NCBI GenBank assembly: GCA_041652335.1
Contig: JBAZHL010000001.1
Location: 1-46,851 of the forward strand
From: Patescibacteria group bacterium
Lineage (GTDB): Bacteria > Patescibacteriota > Kazan-3B-28 > UBA10110
Reading direction: 5' to 3'
Length of the DNA: 46,851 nt
Position numbers and translations under genes: made by a program
In this document: in pieces, positions 24,010-33,974 of the stretch
How the letters are laid out: the number at the start of each line of letters is the position of its first letter
Position numbering within the stretch: the stretch's first letter is position 1
Notes under the pieces: model-generated
Seen by the model: the letters and a program-made list of their open reading frames with translations, nothing else
The model's database searches: none
What the model was told of the DNA's origin: nothing

Positions 24010-25082
24010 TTATTGGGATAGATGTTAGAGAGGGGGTTAGACCAAATCACGCCGGCAAGGGCGAGTATGTTTATCAGTTGGTAACTCGATTGATCAAGCA
24101 GTCCGAACACCAGTTTGTCCTATTTAGCGATGCAAAGCTTCCACCCGAGTGGCGGCTGCCTAATGTTAGAAGCCAGGTTTGGCATACCCCCAGCTGGTTG
24201 TGGCAGGGGCTAATGATCCTGCAACTCAATTTCTATCCCGGGGTGGATGTTTATCTCTCCACTACCAGCGTTATAGTGCCGGCGTTAACTTGGCGGGTGC
24301 CGGTAGTAACGGTGCTGTTTGATTTGGTTAGCTTTCTCTTTCCCGATCGGCATAAATTAAAAGCGGTATTGTTCGAAAAGATTTGGATGCGTCCGGCTTT
24401 AAATAGATCGCGATCCCTCTTGGCTATCTCTAACTCCACCAAAAACGACGCCGTACAACTTTTTGGGATTAACCCCAATAAGATTACTGTTAGTTATATT
24501 GGACCGGCCGTGGTGTCTCAGGCTACTCCAGTTAATCTCCCTTCCTCTCCCATCATCTTATTTGTGGGTACTTTAGAGCCGCGGAAAAATGTGGTGACAT
24601 TAGTAGAAGCGTTCAATCAGCTGCGCCGCCAGAACGTTTTTTGCAATTTAGTATTAGCTGGCGGTTGGGGTTGGCAGAGCGAGGAGATCAAATTAGCGAT
24701 CGATCGTAGCCCCTACACTTCCGACATTAAGGTATTGGGATATGTCTCCGAAGAACAAAAAACCTTCCTTTACCAGCACGCCACCTTGTTAGCTTTTCCC
24801 TCTCGCTACGAGGGTTTTGGGATGCCGCCGTTAGAGGCGATGAGTTTGGGATTACCAGTAGTTACCACTAACGTCTCCTCTCTCCCGGAGGTGGTGGGTA
24901 ATGCGGCCATCTTGGTTAGTCCCGATTCCGTCAGTGAGTTAGCTAATGCCATTAACCAAGTATTAACCGATAGCGATCTGCGCCAACGTTTAGTGGCGGC
25001 CGGTTTAGTCCAGAGTAAAAAATTTAATTGGCAGGCAACCTCCGATGCTACACTAAGAGTGTTAACTTTACGGAGTGCCTAA
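24006..25082 (+). CDS. Glycosyltransferase family 4 (GT-B, Glycos_transf_1)
   Basis: GTLEPRKN, and the EGFGMPPLEAMSLGLPVVTTNVSSLPEV (E-x7-E) motif. Shows ATGA start/stop overlap with the flippase gene. Confidence 0.85.
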   Translation: MIIGIDVREGVRPNHAGKGEYVYQLVTRLIKQSEHQFVLFSDAKLPPEWRLPNVRSQVWHTPSWLWQGLMILQLNFYPGVDVYLSTTSVIVPALTWRVPVVTVLFDLVSFLFPDRHKLKAVLFEKIWMRPALNRSRSLLAISNSTKNDAVQLFGINPNKITVSYIGPAVVSQATPVNLPSSPIILFVGTLEPRKNVVTLVEAFNQLRRQNVFCNLVLAGGWGWQSEEIKLAIDRSPYTSDIKVLGYVSEEQKTFLYQHATLLAFPSRYEGFGMPPLEAMSLGLPVVTTNVSSLPEVVGNAAILVSPDSVSELANAINQVLTDSDLRQRLVAAGLVQSKKFNWQATSDATLRVLTLRSA

Positions 25083-26253
25083 ATCAATTTATTTTGTCAG
25101 TTTTGTCGTTATTAGTGCTGCCCTAATCGGTGGGCAGTTATTACGATTCTCGCTCTTTGGTTTTACGCTCACCGCTTTAGACATCGCCGTTTTGGCTTGG
25201 GCGATCTTTTGGTTGGGGGGTCTGTTGACCAGATTCCGTCGCTACCCCACCCCCCGCTTTCTATGGTGGAGCATCGGTTTTGCCTGCCTGGCCGTAGTCT
25301 CATTGATCGGAGCGCTGCGTTTTATTGGTGTGCCCGAGCTGGTGGTAGCCTCCAGCTATTTGATCAGATGGGTGGCCTACGCCCTGTTGGTTTATTTAGG
25401 CTACGCCTTAGCTAAATCATCTCAGCTCCTACCGGCATTAGGCTTAGTGTTTGGACTGATCGCGACCTTGGGCATACTCCAGTGGCTGATCGTCCCCGAT
25501 TTAGCCTTTTTAGAGAGGTTTGGTTGGGATCCCCATCAGGGTCGCTTAGTATCCACCTTTTTAGACCCTAATTTTGTCGGTGGATTTTTGGCGATCGGAG
25601 TAGCGTTGGCGATACCCCAGTTCCTAACTAACAAAACCACCCGTCTCCGGTGGTATTGGGGGGTAATCTTATTACTATCGTTAGTGGGGATCTACCTCAC
25701 CTTCTCTCGTAGTGCGTTGTTGGCGCTGTTTGCTGTTATTGTGATCATTGGTGTCCTCCGCTACCGATTATTTTCCGCCGCTCTCCTAATCGTGGTGATA
25801 TTAAGTTGTGCGGCATCGCCCAGATGGCTGGAGCGAGGCAAGGGGGCGGTAACGATGGATCAGACTGCGCGCTACCGAATTGAATCTTGGGTAGAGGGGG
25901 TTAATATTATGCGACATGAACCTCTGATCGGTGTCGGTTTTAATACCCTGCCTTACACTCGCGCGAACTATGGCTATCCCATTACGGGGCATTCGGCCAG
26001 TGGGTTCGATAGTAGCCTCTTAACTGTTGGCGTTACCACTGGCGGCTTGGGATTGTTGGCGTACTTGGGGTTATTGGGTAGTGCTTTATTATTAGCTTGG
26101 AAGAAATGGCGAAGGTCATCCGCACCAGTAGCGCTTAGTTTTATGGCTGTTACCCTTGCCCTGCTGGTTCACTCTCTATTTGTTAACAGCTTGCTCTACC
26201 CTTCGGTTCTAACGGTCTGGTGGATTATATTGGGTTTAGTATGGGCGATCTAA
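25075..26253 (+). CDS. O-antigen ligase-like / Wzy_C-family polytopic membrane protein
   Basis: About 10-12 TM helices and the central LTFSRSALLALF segment typical of the Wzy_C domain. Confidence 0.65.
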   Translation: MPKSIYFVSFVVISAALIGGQLLRFSLFGFTLTALDIAVLAWAIFWLGGLLTRFRRYPTPRFLWWSIGFACLAVVSLIGALRFIGVPELVVASSYLIRWVAYALLVYLGYALAKSSQLLPALGLVFGLIATLGILQWLIVPDLAFLERFGWDPHQGRLVSTFLDPNFVGGFLAIGVALAIPQFLTNKTTRLRWYWGVILLLSLVGIYLTFSRSALLALFAVIVIIGVLRYRLFSAALLIVVILSCAASPRWLERGKGAVTMDQTARYRIESWVEGVNIMRHEPLIGVGFNTLPYTRANYGYPITGHSASGFDSSLLTVGVTTGGLGLLAYLGLLGSALLLAWKKWRRSSAPVALSFMAVTLALLVHSLFVNSLLYPSVLTVWWIILGLVWAI

Positions 26254-27494
26254 CTATCTATCTCGGTATCTTTCTATTAGTCTTCGCCGCGGTGAGTTGG
26301 CGCAATCTTCGAGTTGGGGTTTATTTGATCTTAATAGCGTTACCTCTCTATTTAATTAAGTTCAAGTTTGGCCCCATCCCCACTACCCTATTAGAGTTAA
26401 TGATCTATGTAACCACCTTGATGTGGTTAATTAAGGTATGGCTTAAAAGATCATTCATCAACTGGTCGGCAGTTCGAGCTTATGGCTACCCTCTGTTATT
26501 GATCTTGATCGGTCTGATCTTAGGTACCTATGTCTCGGCCGATCGCATGGTCTCACTCGGCATAATCAAGGGATGGTTTATTGACCCAATTTTGTTATTT
26601 GTTCTAATAACGAGCGTGTTGGATCGCCAGCTGCATATCAAAAAAGCGACCGTTGCCCTAATGTTGCCGGCCACCATCCTCTCGGGATTAGCGATCTATC
26701 AGGCGATCACAGGAGAGTTTATCACCGTTGATAACCGCGCTTCGGCCGTGTTCAGCTCGGCCAACTACCTCTCGTTATTTATCGTCCCGGTGATGGTATT
26801 GGGGTGTGGTCTACTTGGATCGATCGCCAGACGGTGGCGGTGGTGGGTAGTGGTGTGTCTTCTAATAATGGCCGGAGGTTTGTATCTGACTTTTTCGTAC
26901 GCTGGCTGGTTAGGATTAATTGTGGGGATCGCAGTGCTGGTGTTTTGTCGAATACGTTTTTGGTTGGCAACCATCAGCTCAGCAGGTGTAGTATTGGTGG
27001 CGGTGTTATCCCAGTGGCAACATCCTAAGTTTCAACAGATGCTCGATCTGGTGGGTCGGTCGTCTTCGCACGTTAGATTGCAGGTCTGGCAGACCGCCCT
27101 GCTGATGATCAAGGAAAATCCTTTTACCGGGATCGGTTTGGGGCTGTTTGAGCAGAGGTACTTAGAGTTTGCCCAGCGGTTATTTAGCCCACCGATCGAA
27201 CTGCGGATGTTACATTCCCACAATATTTTGTTGCAGTTTCTGGTCAACACCGGGCTGAGCGGGGGGATAGGATTTATCTGGCTGGTAGTTAATTTTGTGA
27301 GGCGGATCTGGCGATCGGCAGTCGGCGCCGGGGATGTATTAGCCACCGCCACCCTGGCAGCGATGGCGGCCCTCTTGGCTCACGGGATGCTGGATCTGGC
27401 CTACTGGAAAAATGATCTCTCGGCTCTGTTCTGGGTGGTGATGGCGTTTGGTATAATACTATGTTCTCAACATAGTCATGCCGGAAACAATTAA
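26220..27494 (+). CDS. O-antigen ligase-like / Wzy_C-family polytopic membrane protein (second paralogue)
   Basis: Polytopic. YLTFSYAGWLGL, then NPFTGIGLGLFE and HSHNILLQFLVNTGL, fit the Wzy_C/O-antigen ligase signature. The start is either GTG 26220 or ATG 26241. Confidence 0.7.
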   Translation: MDYIGFSMGDLTIYLGIFLLVFAAVSWRNLRVGVYLILIALPLYLIKFKFGPIPTTLLELMIYVTTLMWLIKVWLKRSFINWSAVRAYGYPLLLILIGLILGTYVSADRMVSLGIIKGWFIDPILLFVLITSVLDRQLHIKKATVALMLPATILSGLAIYQAITGEFITVDNRASAVFSSANYLSLFIVPVMVLGCGLLGSIARRWRWWVVVCLLIMAGGLYLTFSYAGWLGLIVGIAVLVFCRIRFWLATISSAGVVLVAVLSQWQHPKFQQMLDLVGRSSSHVRLQVWQTALLMIKENPFTGIGLGLFEQRYLEFAQRLFSPPIELRMLHSHNILLQFLVNTGLSGGIGFIWLVVNFVRRIWRSAVGAGDVLATATLAAMAALLAHGMLDLAYWKNDLSALFWVVMAFGIILCSQHSHAGNN

Positions 27495-28617
27495 TACAAT
27501 TGGGATTGATGCGCGCCTGTTCGGCACCGCCCAAGCGGCCGGCATCGGCCAGTACGCCGAAGAATTGGTGCGGTATCTGGTCAAACACGATGCTGTCAAT
27601 CAGTACAAGGTTTTTGTTACTGGGGAGGCTGGCCCCACTTTTCCGATCTATGCTCCAAATCTAACTAAATTAGTTGTCCCATTTCGCCACTATACCTATA
27701 GCGAACAGTTCTTGTACCCCAATATCTTAAAGCGTGCGGGGCTGGATTTAATTCACTACACCAACTTTAATACGCCCATCTTTTTTAGGAAGATCAAAAG
27801 CGTTGTTACTATTCATGACCTAACCCTTTGGTTTTTCCCAGGGCGTAAACAGAAGGGGGCTATTAAACAGCTGTTGTATCGAATAGTGATAGGACGCGCT
27901 TGCCGCAATGCTAATCACATTATCGCCATCACCGAAGCCACCAAGCAGGATATTGTTAAGTGGCTCAAGATCGATCCCGCCAAGATCACCGTAGTCTACG
28001 AGGCGGCTTCCGAGCGCTATCATCAGTTAATTCAGCCAGCCAACTTAGAGCAGGTCAAGCGGAAGTTTAACATCACTAAACCCTACTTTTTATATACTGG
28101 GCAGTGGCGGGCGCACAAAAATGTGATTCGGTTAATCCGCGCCTTTGCGCTGTTGCGGCGGCGCTATCAGCTGGACCATCAGTTAGTATTGGTTGGCAAA
28201 GTTGACTCGGTTTATCCTCAGGTTATGGCTACCATTAAAGAGTTGGGCCTTCAGGATGATGTCGTCTTAACTGGCTATGTGGCTGATGACGAGCTGCCTT
28301 ATCTCTACAACGGCGCCGATTGTTTTGTATTTCCCTCCCTCTACGAAGGTTTTGGCTTGCCCCCCTTGGAGGCGATGGCTTGCGGCGCACCAGTAGTTTC
28401 TTCTAACGTATCCTGTATGCCAGAGGTGTTGGGCGACGCAGCCATTTACTTTGACCCATTAAGTGTTGAGGATATGGCTAAGGCGATGGCCGAGGTAGGC
28501 AAAAATTACACCCTCAAACGAGAGTTAAGAGCCAAAGGGCTTCGGCAGGCCAAGCTCTATTCGTTCGATCGAATGGCCGAGGAGACCCTGGCTGTTTATC
28601 GGAAGGTACTGCAGTAG
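27478..28617 (+). CDS. Glycosyltransferase family 4 (GT-B)
   Basis: [36 protein letters not shown]. Confidence 0.85.
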   Translation: MPETINTIGIDARLFGTAQAAGIGQYAEELVRYLVKHDAVNQYKVFVTGEAGPTFPIYAPNLTKLVVPFRHYTYSEQFLYPNILKRAGLDLIHYTNFNTPIFFRKIKSVVTIHDLTLWFFPGRKQKGAIKQLLYRIVIGRACRNANHIIAITEATKQDIVKWLKIDPAKITVVYEAASERYHQLIQPANLEQVKRKFNITKPYFLYTGQWRAHKNVIRLIRAFALLRRRYQLDHQLVLVGKVDSVYPQVMATIKELGLQDDVVLTGYVADDELPYLYNGADCFVFPSLYEGFGLPPLEAMACGAPVVSSNVSCMPEVLGDAAIYFDPLSVEDMAKAMAEVGKNYTLKRELRAKGLRQAKLYSFDRMAEETLAVYRKVLQ

Positions 28618-28626
28618 ATCTTAGTT

Positions 28627-28655
28627 TTGGTTTTGTTAAACGCGCATACTATAAT
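28627..28655 (+). promoter_or_regulatory. Sigma70-like promoter candidate for hppA (TTGGTT-17 nt-TATAAT)
   Basis: ttggtt at 28627-28632, a 17-nt spacer, and tataat at 28650-28655, 32 nt before the hppA ATG. This is motif evidence only. Confidence 0.3.
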
Positions 28656-28687
28656 GAAGCGTAGTCATATTAGTTAAATTAATCAGC

Positions 28688-30694
28688 ATGGACCTCACCA
28701 ATACCGCACTACTGATCGCTTTAGGGGCAGCCGTTTTAGCTCTGCTCTATGCCACTGCTTTAATAATTTGGGTTTTAAAACTGCCCGCCGGTAACGCCAA
28801 GATGCAGGAGATCGCGTTGGCCATTCAGCAGGGGGCAAAAGCATACCTAACGCGTCAGTACACTGCTATTGCTATAGTTGCGGTGGTGTTGGCGATCTTG
28901 CTATACCTAACTCTGGATCTAAACACGGCATTGGGATTCTTGGTGGGGGCGATACTGTCTGGCTTAGCCGGGGTGATCGGTATGAACGTATCGGTGCGCG
29001 CTAATGTTCGAACCACCGAAGCTGCTAATCACGGTATGGCGCGAGCTTTAGATGTGGCGTTTAAGGGTGGCTCCGTTACCGGGTTGTTTGTGGTGGGTTT
29101 GGCGCTTTTGGCGGTTAGCGGATTCTACTACATCTTTCGCGACATCCCCGCTTTAATTGGTTTAGGTTTTGGCGGTAGTTTGATCTCCATCTTCGCAAGA
29201 TTAGGTGGTGGTATCTACACCAAGGCAGCCGATGTGGGAGCGGATCTGGTAGGTAAGGTAGAGGCCGGTATCCCCGAGGATGACCCCAGAAATCCAGCCG
29301 TGATCGCCGATAACGTGGGCGATAATGTGGGTGACTGTGCTGGTATGGCGGCTGATTTATTTGAAACTTATGCAGTTACTGCGGTAGCTACGATCGTATT
29401 AGGCAACTTAGTCTTAGGCGGGGCACCTGCCGCTCTCACCTACCCGTTGCTCTTAGGTGCGGTCTCGATCGTGGCTTCTATTATTGGTACCCTCTTAGTT
29501 CGATTAGGCAAAAGTAAAAACATTATGGGGGCGCTCTATGTTGGGTTAGTGGCGAGTGGGATCCTGTCGGCCATCGGGTTCTATTATGTGTCGATCAATA
29601 CACTATCTGGCCTTATCCTTTCTCCGATGAGTTTGTTCTACACTTCACTGATTGGGTTGGTCGTTACTGGGTTGATGGTAGCGATCACGGAATACTACAC
29701 CTCTACTTCGTACGGTCCGGTTAAGAGTATTGCTAACGCTTCGGAAACCGGTCATGGTACTAACATTATTCAGGGCTTAGCGGTTGGTATGAAATCGACA
29801 GCTCTGCCGGTGTTAGTGATCATCGCTGCTATTTGGGGAGCGTATGCATTAGCCGGTCTCTACGGTGTCGCGATCGCGGCGATGTCGATGTTATCTATGA
29901 CCGGCATCATCGTGGCAATTGATGCCTATGGCCCCATTACCGATAACGCTGGCGGGATCGCCGAGATGGCCAATTTGCCAGAGAAGGTGCGCAATGTCAC
30001 CGATCCGTTGGATGCGGTCGGTAACACCACTAAGGCCGTTACCAAGGGTTATGCTATCGGCTCGGCAGCCTTGGCTGCTATTGTGCTGTTCGCGGCTTAC
30101 GCCCAAGAGCTACAGCATTTGGCCGGTAAGAGTTACGACTTTATGTTGGGGGATCCCAAGGTACTGATTGGGTTGTTTATCGGCGGGTTACTCCCCTATC
30201 TATTTGCCGCTATCTCAATGGAAGCGGTAGGTAAAGCCGCCGGCAGTGTGGTTAAAGAAGTTCGCCGGCAGTTTAAATCGATCAAAGGAATTATGGAAGG
30301 AACCGCCAAGCCCGACTACGCCAAAGCGGTTGATATTGTTACCCGCTCAGCCATCAAAGAGATGGTTGTTCCAGCGTTAATACCCGTGGTGGCTCCGATC
30401 GTGGTGGGCTGGTTGTTGGGTCCGGTAGCTTTGGGCGGTATGTTAGTGGGTAGCATTATTACCGGCATCTTTGTGGCGATATCGATGACCACCGGTGGAG
30501 CCGCGTGGGATAACGCCAAAAAATATATTGAGACTGGCCACTTGGGCGGCAAGGGTTCCGAGGCTCACAAAGCGGCAGTTACTGGCGATACGGTTGGTGA
30601 CCCCTACAAGGACACTGCTGGTCCGGCCATTAACCCGATGATCAAGGTTATTAACATCGTTGCCTTACTCATCATTGGTTTATTGATCAAATAA
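28688..30694 (+). CDS. hppA: Membrane-bound proton-translocating pyrophosphatase, K+-independent type
   Basis: [41 protein letters not shown] and [16 protein letters not shown]. The discriminating motif reads [10 protein letters not shown] (Lys variant, nt 30020-30049), which marks K+-independent enzymes. Confidence 0.92.
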   Translation: MDLTNTALLIALGAAVLALLYATALIIWVLKLPAGNAKMQEIALAIQQGAKAYLTRQYTAIAIVAVVLAILLYLTLDLNTALGFLVGAILSGLAGVIGMNVSVRANVRTTEAANHGMARALDVAFKGGSVTGLFVVGLALLAVSGFYYIFRDIPALIGLGFGGSLISIFARLGGGIYTKAADVGADLVGKVEAGIPEDDPRNPAVIADNVGDNVGDCAGMAADLFETYAVTAVATIVLGNLVLGGAPAALTYPLLLGAVSIVASIIGTLLVRLGKSKNIMGALYVGLVASGILSAIGFYYVSINTLSGLILSPMSLFYTSLIGLVVTGLMVAITEYYTSTSYGPVKSIANASETGHGTNIIQGLAVGMKSTALPVLVIIAAIWGAYALAGLYGVAIAAMSMLSMTGIIVAIDAYGPITDNAGGIAEMANLPEKVRNVTDPLDAVGNTTKAVTKGYAIGSAALAAIVLFAAYAQELQHLAGKSYDFMLGDPKVLIGLFIGGLLPYLFAAISMEAVGKAAGSVVKEVRRQFKSIKGIMEGTAKPDYAKAVDIVTRSAIKEMVVPALIPVVAPIVVGWLLGPVALGGMLVGSIITGIFVAISMTTGGAAWDNAKKYIETGHLGGKGSEAHKAAVTGDTVGDPYKDTAGPAINPMIKVINIVALLIIGLLIK

Positions 30695-30697
30695 ATA

Positions 30698-30925
30698 GTG
30701 GAGACTGTTAGGTTAGTCGACCATCAAATTCGAGTTGTTGTTACCCAGACCGAGGGGGTGATCACCATTAAATTACCGGATGGGTCATGCGTGGCATGGC
30801 CCGTTCGGGATGTGTCGGTGGTGCCGGGTGTAATGTATCTCACCCTGTCCCCTCAACCCACTCTGCCCGATAAAGCAGCCTTGGCTCGGCAGGTATTGCA
30901 GGAGATATTGCAGATTAACCAATGA
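30698..30925 (+). CDS. Hypothetical small protein
   Basis: 75-aa ORF with a GTG start and no recognisable motif. ATGA overlap with the VanW-family gene suggests translational coupling. Confidence 0.35.
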   Translation: METVRLVDHQIRVVVTQTEGVITIKLPDGSCVAWPVRDVSVVPGVMYLTLSPQPTLPDKAALARQVLQEILQINQ

Positions 30926-32766
30926 AGAAGACCACCAATCGTTATTTAGTTTGGTTAGCCCCCATTACGCTTGGGGTGCTCTTTTTGTTAGTTATCAGCT
31001 GGTATGTATCTTTTGACATTGTGTATGCTAACCGAGTTATGCCGGGCGTCAGTTTGGGCGGTCGTCAAATTAGCGGGCTATCGTTAACCGCCGCAGACGA
31101 AGTAGTCACCGATATGATCATTAAGGCCAAGGTATCCAAATTAAATCTTGCCTATCAGTCGGATCGCTACGCTTATACGATCGACCAACTGGGGATGGAG
31201 TTAGATCAAGCGGCTACTCTCGAACTGTTACATCGTTTTGGTCGGACTACCAATTTAATCACTAATCTGCGCGAACGATTTGGCGGAGCCTTGGGGTTGG
31301 CTTCATTCGCCGCAGTGTATCGTTTTACCCCCGGTTTTGACACAGTCGTTAATAACTTAGCCAAAAAATATAATCAGCCGGCGGTCGAGGCTACGGTAAA
31401 TATTAAGCAACAACGAGCTATCGCCTCCCCTGCTCAGCCCGGGCTCCAACTATCCGTCGAAACGTTTAAGCAGCTTTTGGGTGAGCGGATGGGGCAACTT
31501 AGGTTCACCGATCTTACCATACCGATCGTTGATAGTAACCCAGCGATCTCAACCGAGGTGGCTACGGCTACAGCCGATCATATTAATCAGGGTTTAAGCA
31601 CAGAGTTAACTTTAACTGCGCGTGGCCAAGCATCGTTTACCCTCTCTCCGGCGGAGATGTGGGAGTGGTTAGAAGTTTTTACCGATCAGTCGGCGTTGGT
31701 GGTACGGCTCAAACCAGCCGAGTTAGAAAAGTTTGTTAGGGGCCTGGAGCCTAAAGTAAACCAACCGATGCAGAATGCGATCTTTAAAATGAACGATAAA
31801 AAATTAGTGGCCTTTCAGCCAGATCGTCCGGGTCGGGTACTGCGAACGGAGGACGCCATCCAGGGTGTTCAGCAAAACTTTTTAGGTGAGACTCGTGAGG
31901 TGGAACTGGCGGTTAACTATCTGGAGGCAAAGACTAAGTTAGCCGATCTCAATAATTTGGGAGTCAACGAATTAGTCGCCTCTGGAGTATCTAATTTCGC
32001 AGGCAGCCCAGCTAACCGTCGCCATAATATTAAGACCGGCGCTTCAAAGTTTAATAACGTGATCGTGGCTCCGGCCGAACCGTTTTCTTTTAACAAAACA
32101 TTGGGCGTGGTCGATCAGACCACCGGTTATCTACCGGAGTTAGTGATCAAAGGCGACGAGACAATTCCGGAGTTTGGCGGTGGTCTCTGCCAAGTATCAA
32201 CTACCGCCTTCCGTGCCATTCTCAACGGCGGCTATCCGGTGACGGAACGGCATAATCATTCGTACCGGGTGGTTTACTACGAACCGGCGGGCACCGACGC
32301 AACCATCTACCCCCCATCACCCGACCTTCGGTTTATCAACGATAGCCCAGGCCACATTGTGATGCAGACATATATTGATGGCAATAATCTTCACTTTGAT
32401 TTCTATGGCACTAAGATGGATCGTAAGGTGGTGATCGAAGGCCCCAAGATATTTAACATCACCGAACCCCCCGAACCGGTGTATATTGAAACGTCCACTA
32501 TCCCCGAGGGCGAGACCAAGCAGATCGATACCGCTCATCGGGGAGCCAACACTGTTCTCTACCGTCGAGTCTATGATGCCAAGGGTAAAGAGATCAGCCA
32601 TGACGAGTTTAAAAGCTATTATGTTCCCTGGCCGGCCAAGTTCTTAGTTGGAGTTAAAGCCGCTCCGCCAGTGTCGACCGATTTAGGGAACGTACCGCCA
32701 GAGTCCAGCGGATCGGAAGAGGCGCCAGTGGAGATCGCTCCGCCAGAGACGCCCGCTAATCCATAA
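30922..32766 (+). CDS. VanW-family protein (N-terminal TM anchor, VanW domain, C-terminal extension)
   Basis: TM segment YLVWLAPITLGVLFLLVISWYV. VanW core PFSFNKTLG...GGGLCQVSTTAFRAILNGGYPVTERHNHSYRVVYY. Confidence 0.8.
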   Translation: MKKTTNRYLVWLAPITLGVLFLLVISWYVSFDIVYANRVMPGVSLGGRQISGLSLTAADEVVTDMIIKAKVSKLNLAYQSDRYAYTIDQLGMELDQAATLELLHRFGRTTNLITNLRERFGGALGLASFAAVYRFTPGFDTVVNNLAKKYNQPAVEATVNIKQQRAIASPAQPGLQLSVETFKQLLGERMGQLRFTDLTIPIVDSNPAISTEVATATADHINQGLSTELTLTARGQASFTLSPAEMWEWLEVFTDQSALVVRLKPAELEKFVRGLEPKVNQPMQNAIFKMNDKKLVAFQPDRPGRVLRTEDAIQGVQQNFLGETREVELAVNYLEAKTKLADLNNLGVNELVASGVSNFAGSPANRRHNIKTGASKFNNVIVAPAEPFSFNKTLGVVDQTTGYLPELVIKGDETIPEFGGGLCQVSTTAFRAILNGGYPVTERHNHSYRVVYYEPAGTDATIYPPSPDLRFINDSPGHIVMQTYIDGNNLHFDFYGTKMDRKVVIEGPKIFNITEPPEPVYIETSTIPEGETKQIDTAHRGANTVLYRRVYDAKGKEISHDEFKSYYVPWPAKFLVGVKAAPPVSTDLGNVPPESSGSEEAPVEIAPPETPANP

Positions 32767-32770
32767 TGCT

Positions 32771-33712
32771 ATGATCTATTTCTTGTACGGCGAAGACGAT
32801 TTTCGGATCAGACAGCGCTTGGCCGAGCTCCGGGCGGGGTTGCTTAAAACCGATGCCAATTTAGACATACAGATCAAAGATGCGGCCGACCTAACTGCCG
32901 CCGATCTTAGCAGCTTGGTAATGACCCAATCATTACTGTCGATCAGTAAGCTGATAGTTATTAATCAGCCGATCGAGGACGGTGCCGACGATCTTCGTAA
33001 TGGTTTAGTTGAGCTATTGGGTCGTCCTCTACCGGAGGGGGTGGTGTTAGTATTGATCGAACGGCAGCCAGATCAGCGCACCAAATTATTTAAACTACTT
33101 AATAAATTTATGGCTGAAGCTTATCCACTACTCAGAGCTCCGGAGGCCAAGAAGTGGTTGCAAGATCGGGCCAGAGCCCAGGGCGTTCCGATCGATGATG
33201 CAGCTACCAGCATATTGGTTGAAAGTTTTAGCGACGATCTCTGGAGAATGAGTAGTGAGTTAAATAAGCTCTCTACTTTTACTGCTAACCAACCGATCAC
33301 AAAATCCACAGTTGACCAGCTAACTCCCCGAACCCTTACCGACAATATCTTTGCGACCATCGAAGCATTAGCCAGGAAAAACTTCTCTCTATCTAATCAA
33401 TTGATCAATCGGCAGTTGTTGTTGGGGATGGCCGAGCAGCAGTTAATCGCTATGATCGCCTACCAGTTTCGTAATATCGTTTTAATCCGGGCCTGGCTCG
33501 ACCAGGGAATTAAACCGGCTGATCTGGCCGCTAAAACTGGACTTCATCCTTATGTGGTTCAAAAGACGACCGAGCTGTCGCGTCGGTTCTCCATATCGGA
33601 GTTGGCCAAAGTGTTTTACCTGCTTCAACGGGTGGATGCGGCGATCAAAACTGGTAAAACCCCACCGCGAGTGGGTTTGGATATTCTAACGGCGCAAGTA
33701 GTTAGTGCTTAG
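32771..33712 (+). CDS. holA: DNA polymerase III delta subunit
   Basis: MIYFLYGEDDFRI start, length, and the C-terminal helical domain pattern (DNIFATIEAL...). This is a moderate-confidence motif match. Confidence 0.7.
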   Translation: MIYFLYGEDDFRIRQRLAELRAGLLKTDANLDIQIKDAADLTAADLSSLVMTQSLLSISKLIVINQPIEDGADDLRNGLVELLGRPLPEGVVLVLIERQPDQRTKLFKLLNKFMAEAYPLLRAPEAKKWLQDRARAQGVPIDDAATSILVESFSDDLWRMSSELNKLSTFTANQPITKSTVDQLTPRTLTDNIFATIEALARKNFSLSNQLINRQLLLGMAEQQLIAMIAYQFRNIVLIRAWLDQGIKPADLAAKTGLHPYVVQKTTELSRRFSISELAKVFYLLQRVDAAIKTGKTPPRVGLDILTAQVVSA

Positions 33713-33950
33713 CGCTTTTGCGGGCAGCCTTAACTAATCGCGACTTCAATCGAGCTGCCTTATTCTTGTGGATCAGGCCGGTTTTGGCGGCCTTATCCAA
33801 AGATTTTTGAGCAGCCGATAGAGAGGCGCTCGTTGGCTTTTGGTGGGCGGTTTTCACCACCTTTTTGAGAGCTACCTTGATCTTTGAGGTAGCTACCCGC
33901 CTCCGGGCATCCCGCCGCATCTTCTTGATCGCTGACTTGATGATTGGCAT
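33702..33950 (-). CDS. rpsT: 30S ribosomal protein S20
   Basis: MPIIKSAIKKMRRDARRRV... is the basic helical S20 signature. The 3' end overlaps convergent holA by 11 nt. Confidence 0.9.
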   Translation of the reverse strand: MPIIKSAIKKMRRDARRRVATSKIKVALKKVVKTAHQKPTSASLSAAQKSLDKAAKTGLIHKNKAARLKSRLVKAARKSAKH

Positions 33951-33974
33951 AGTCGATAAATTTACTCTGCTATT

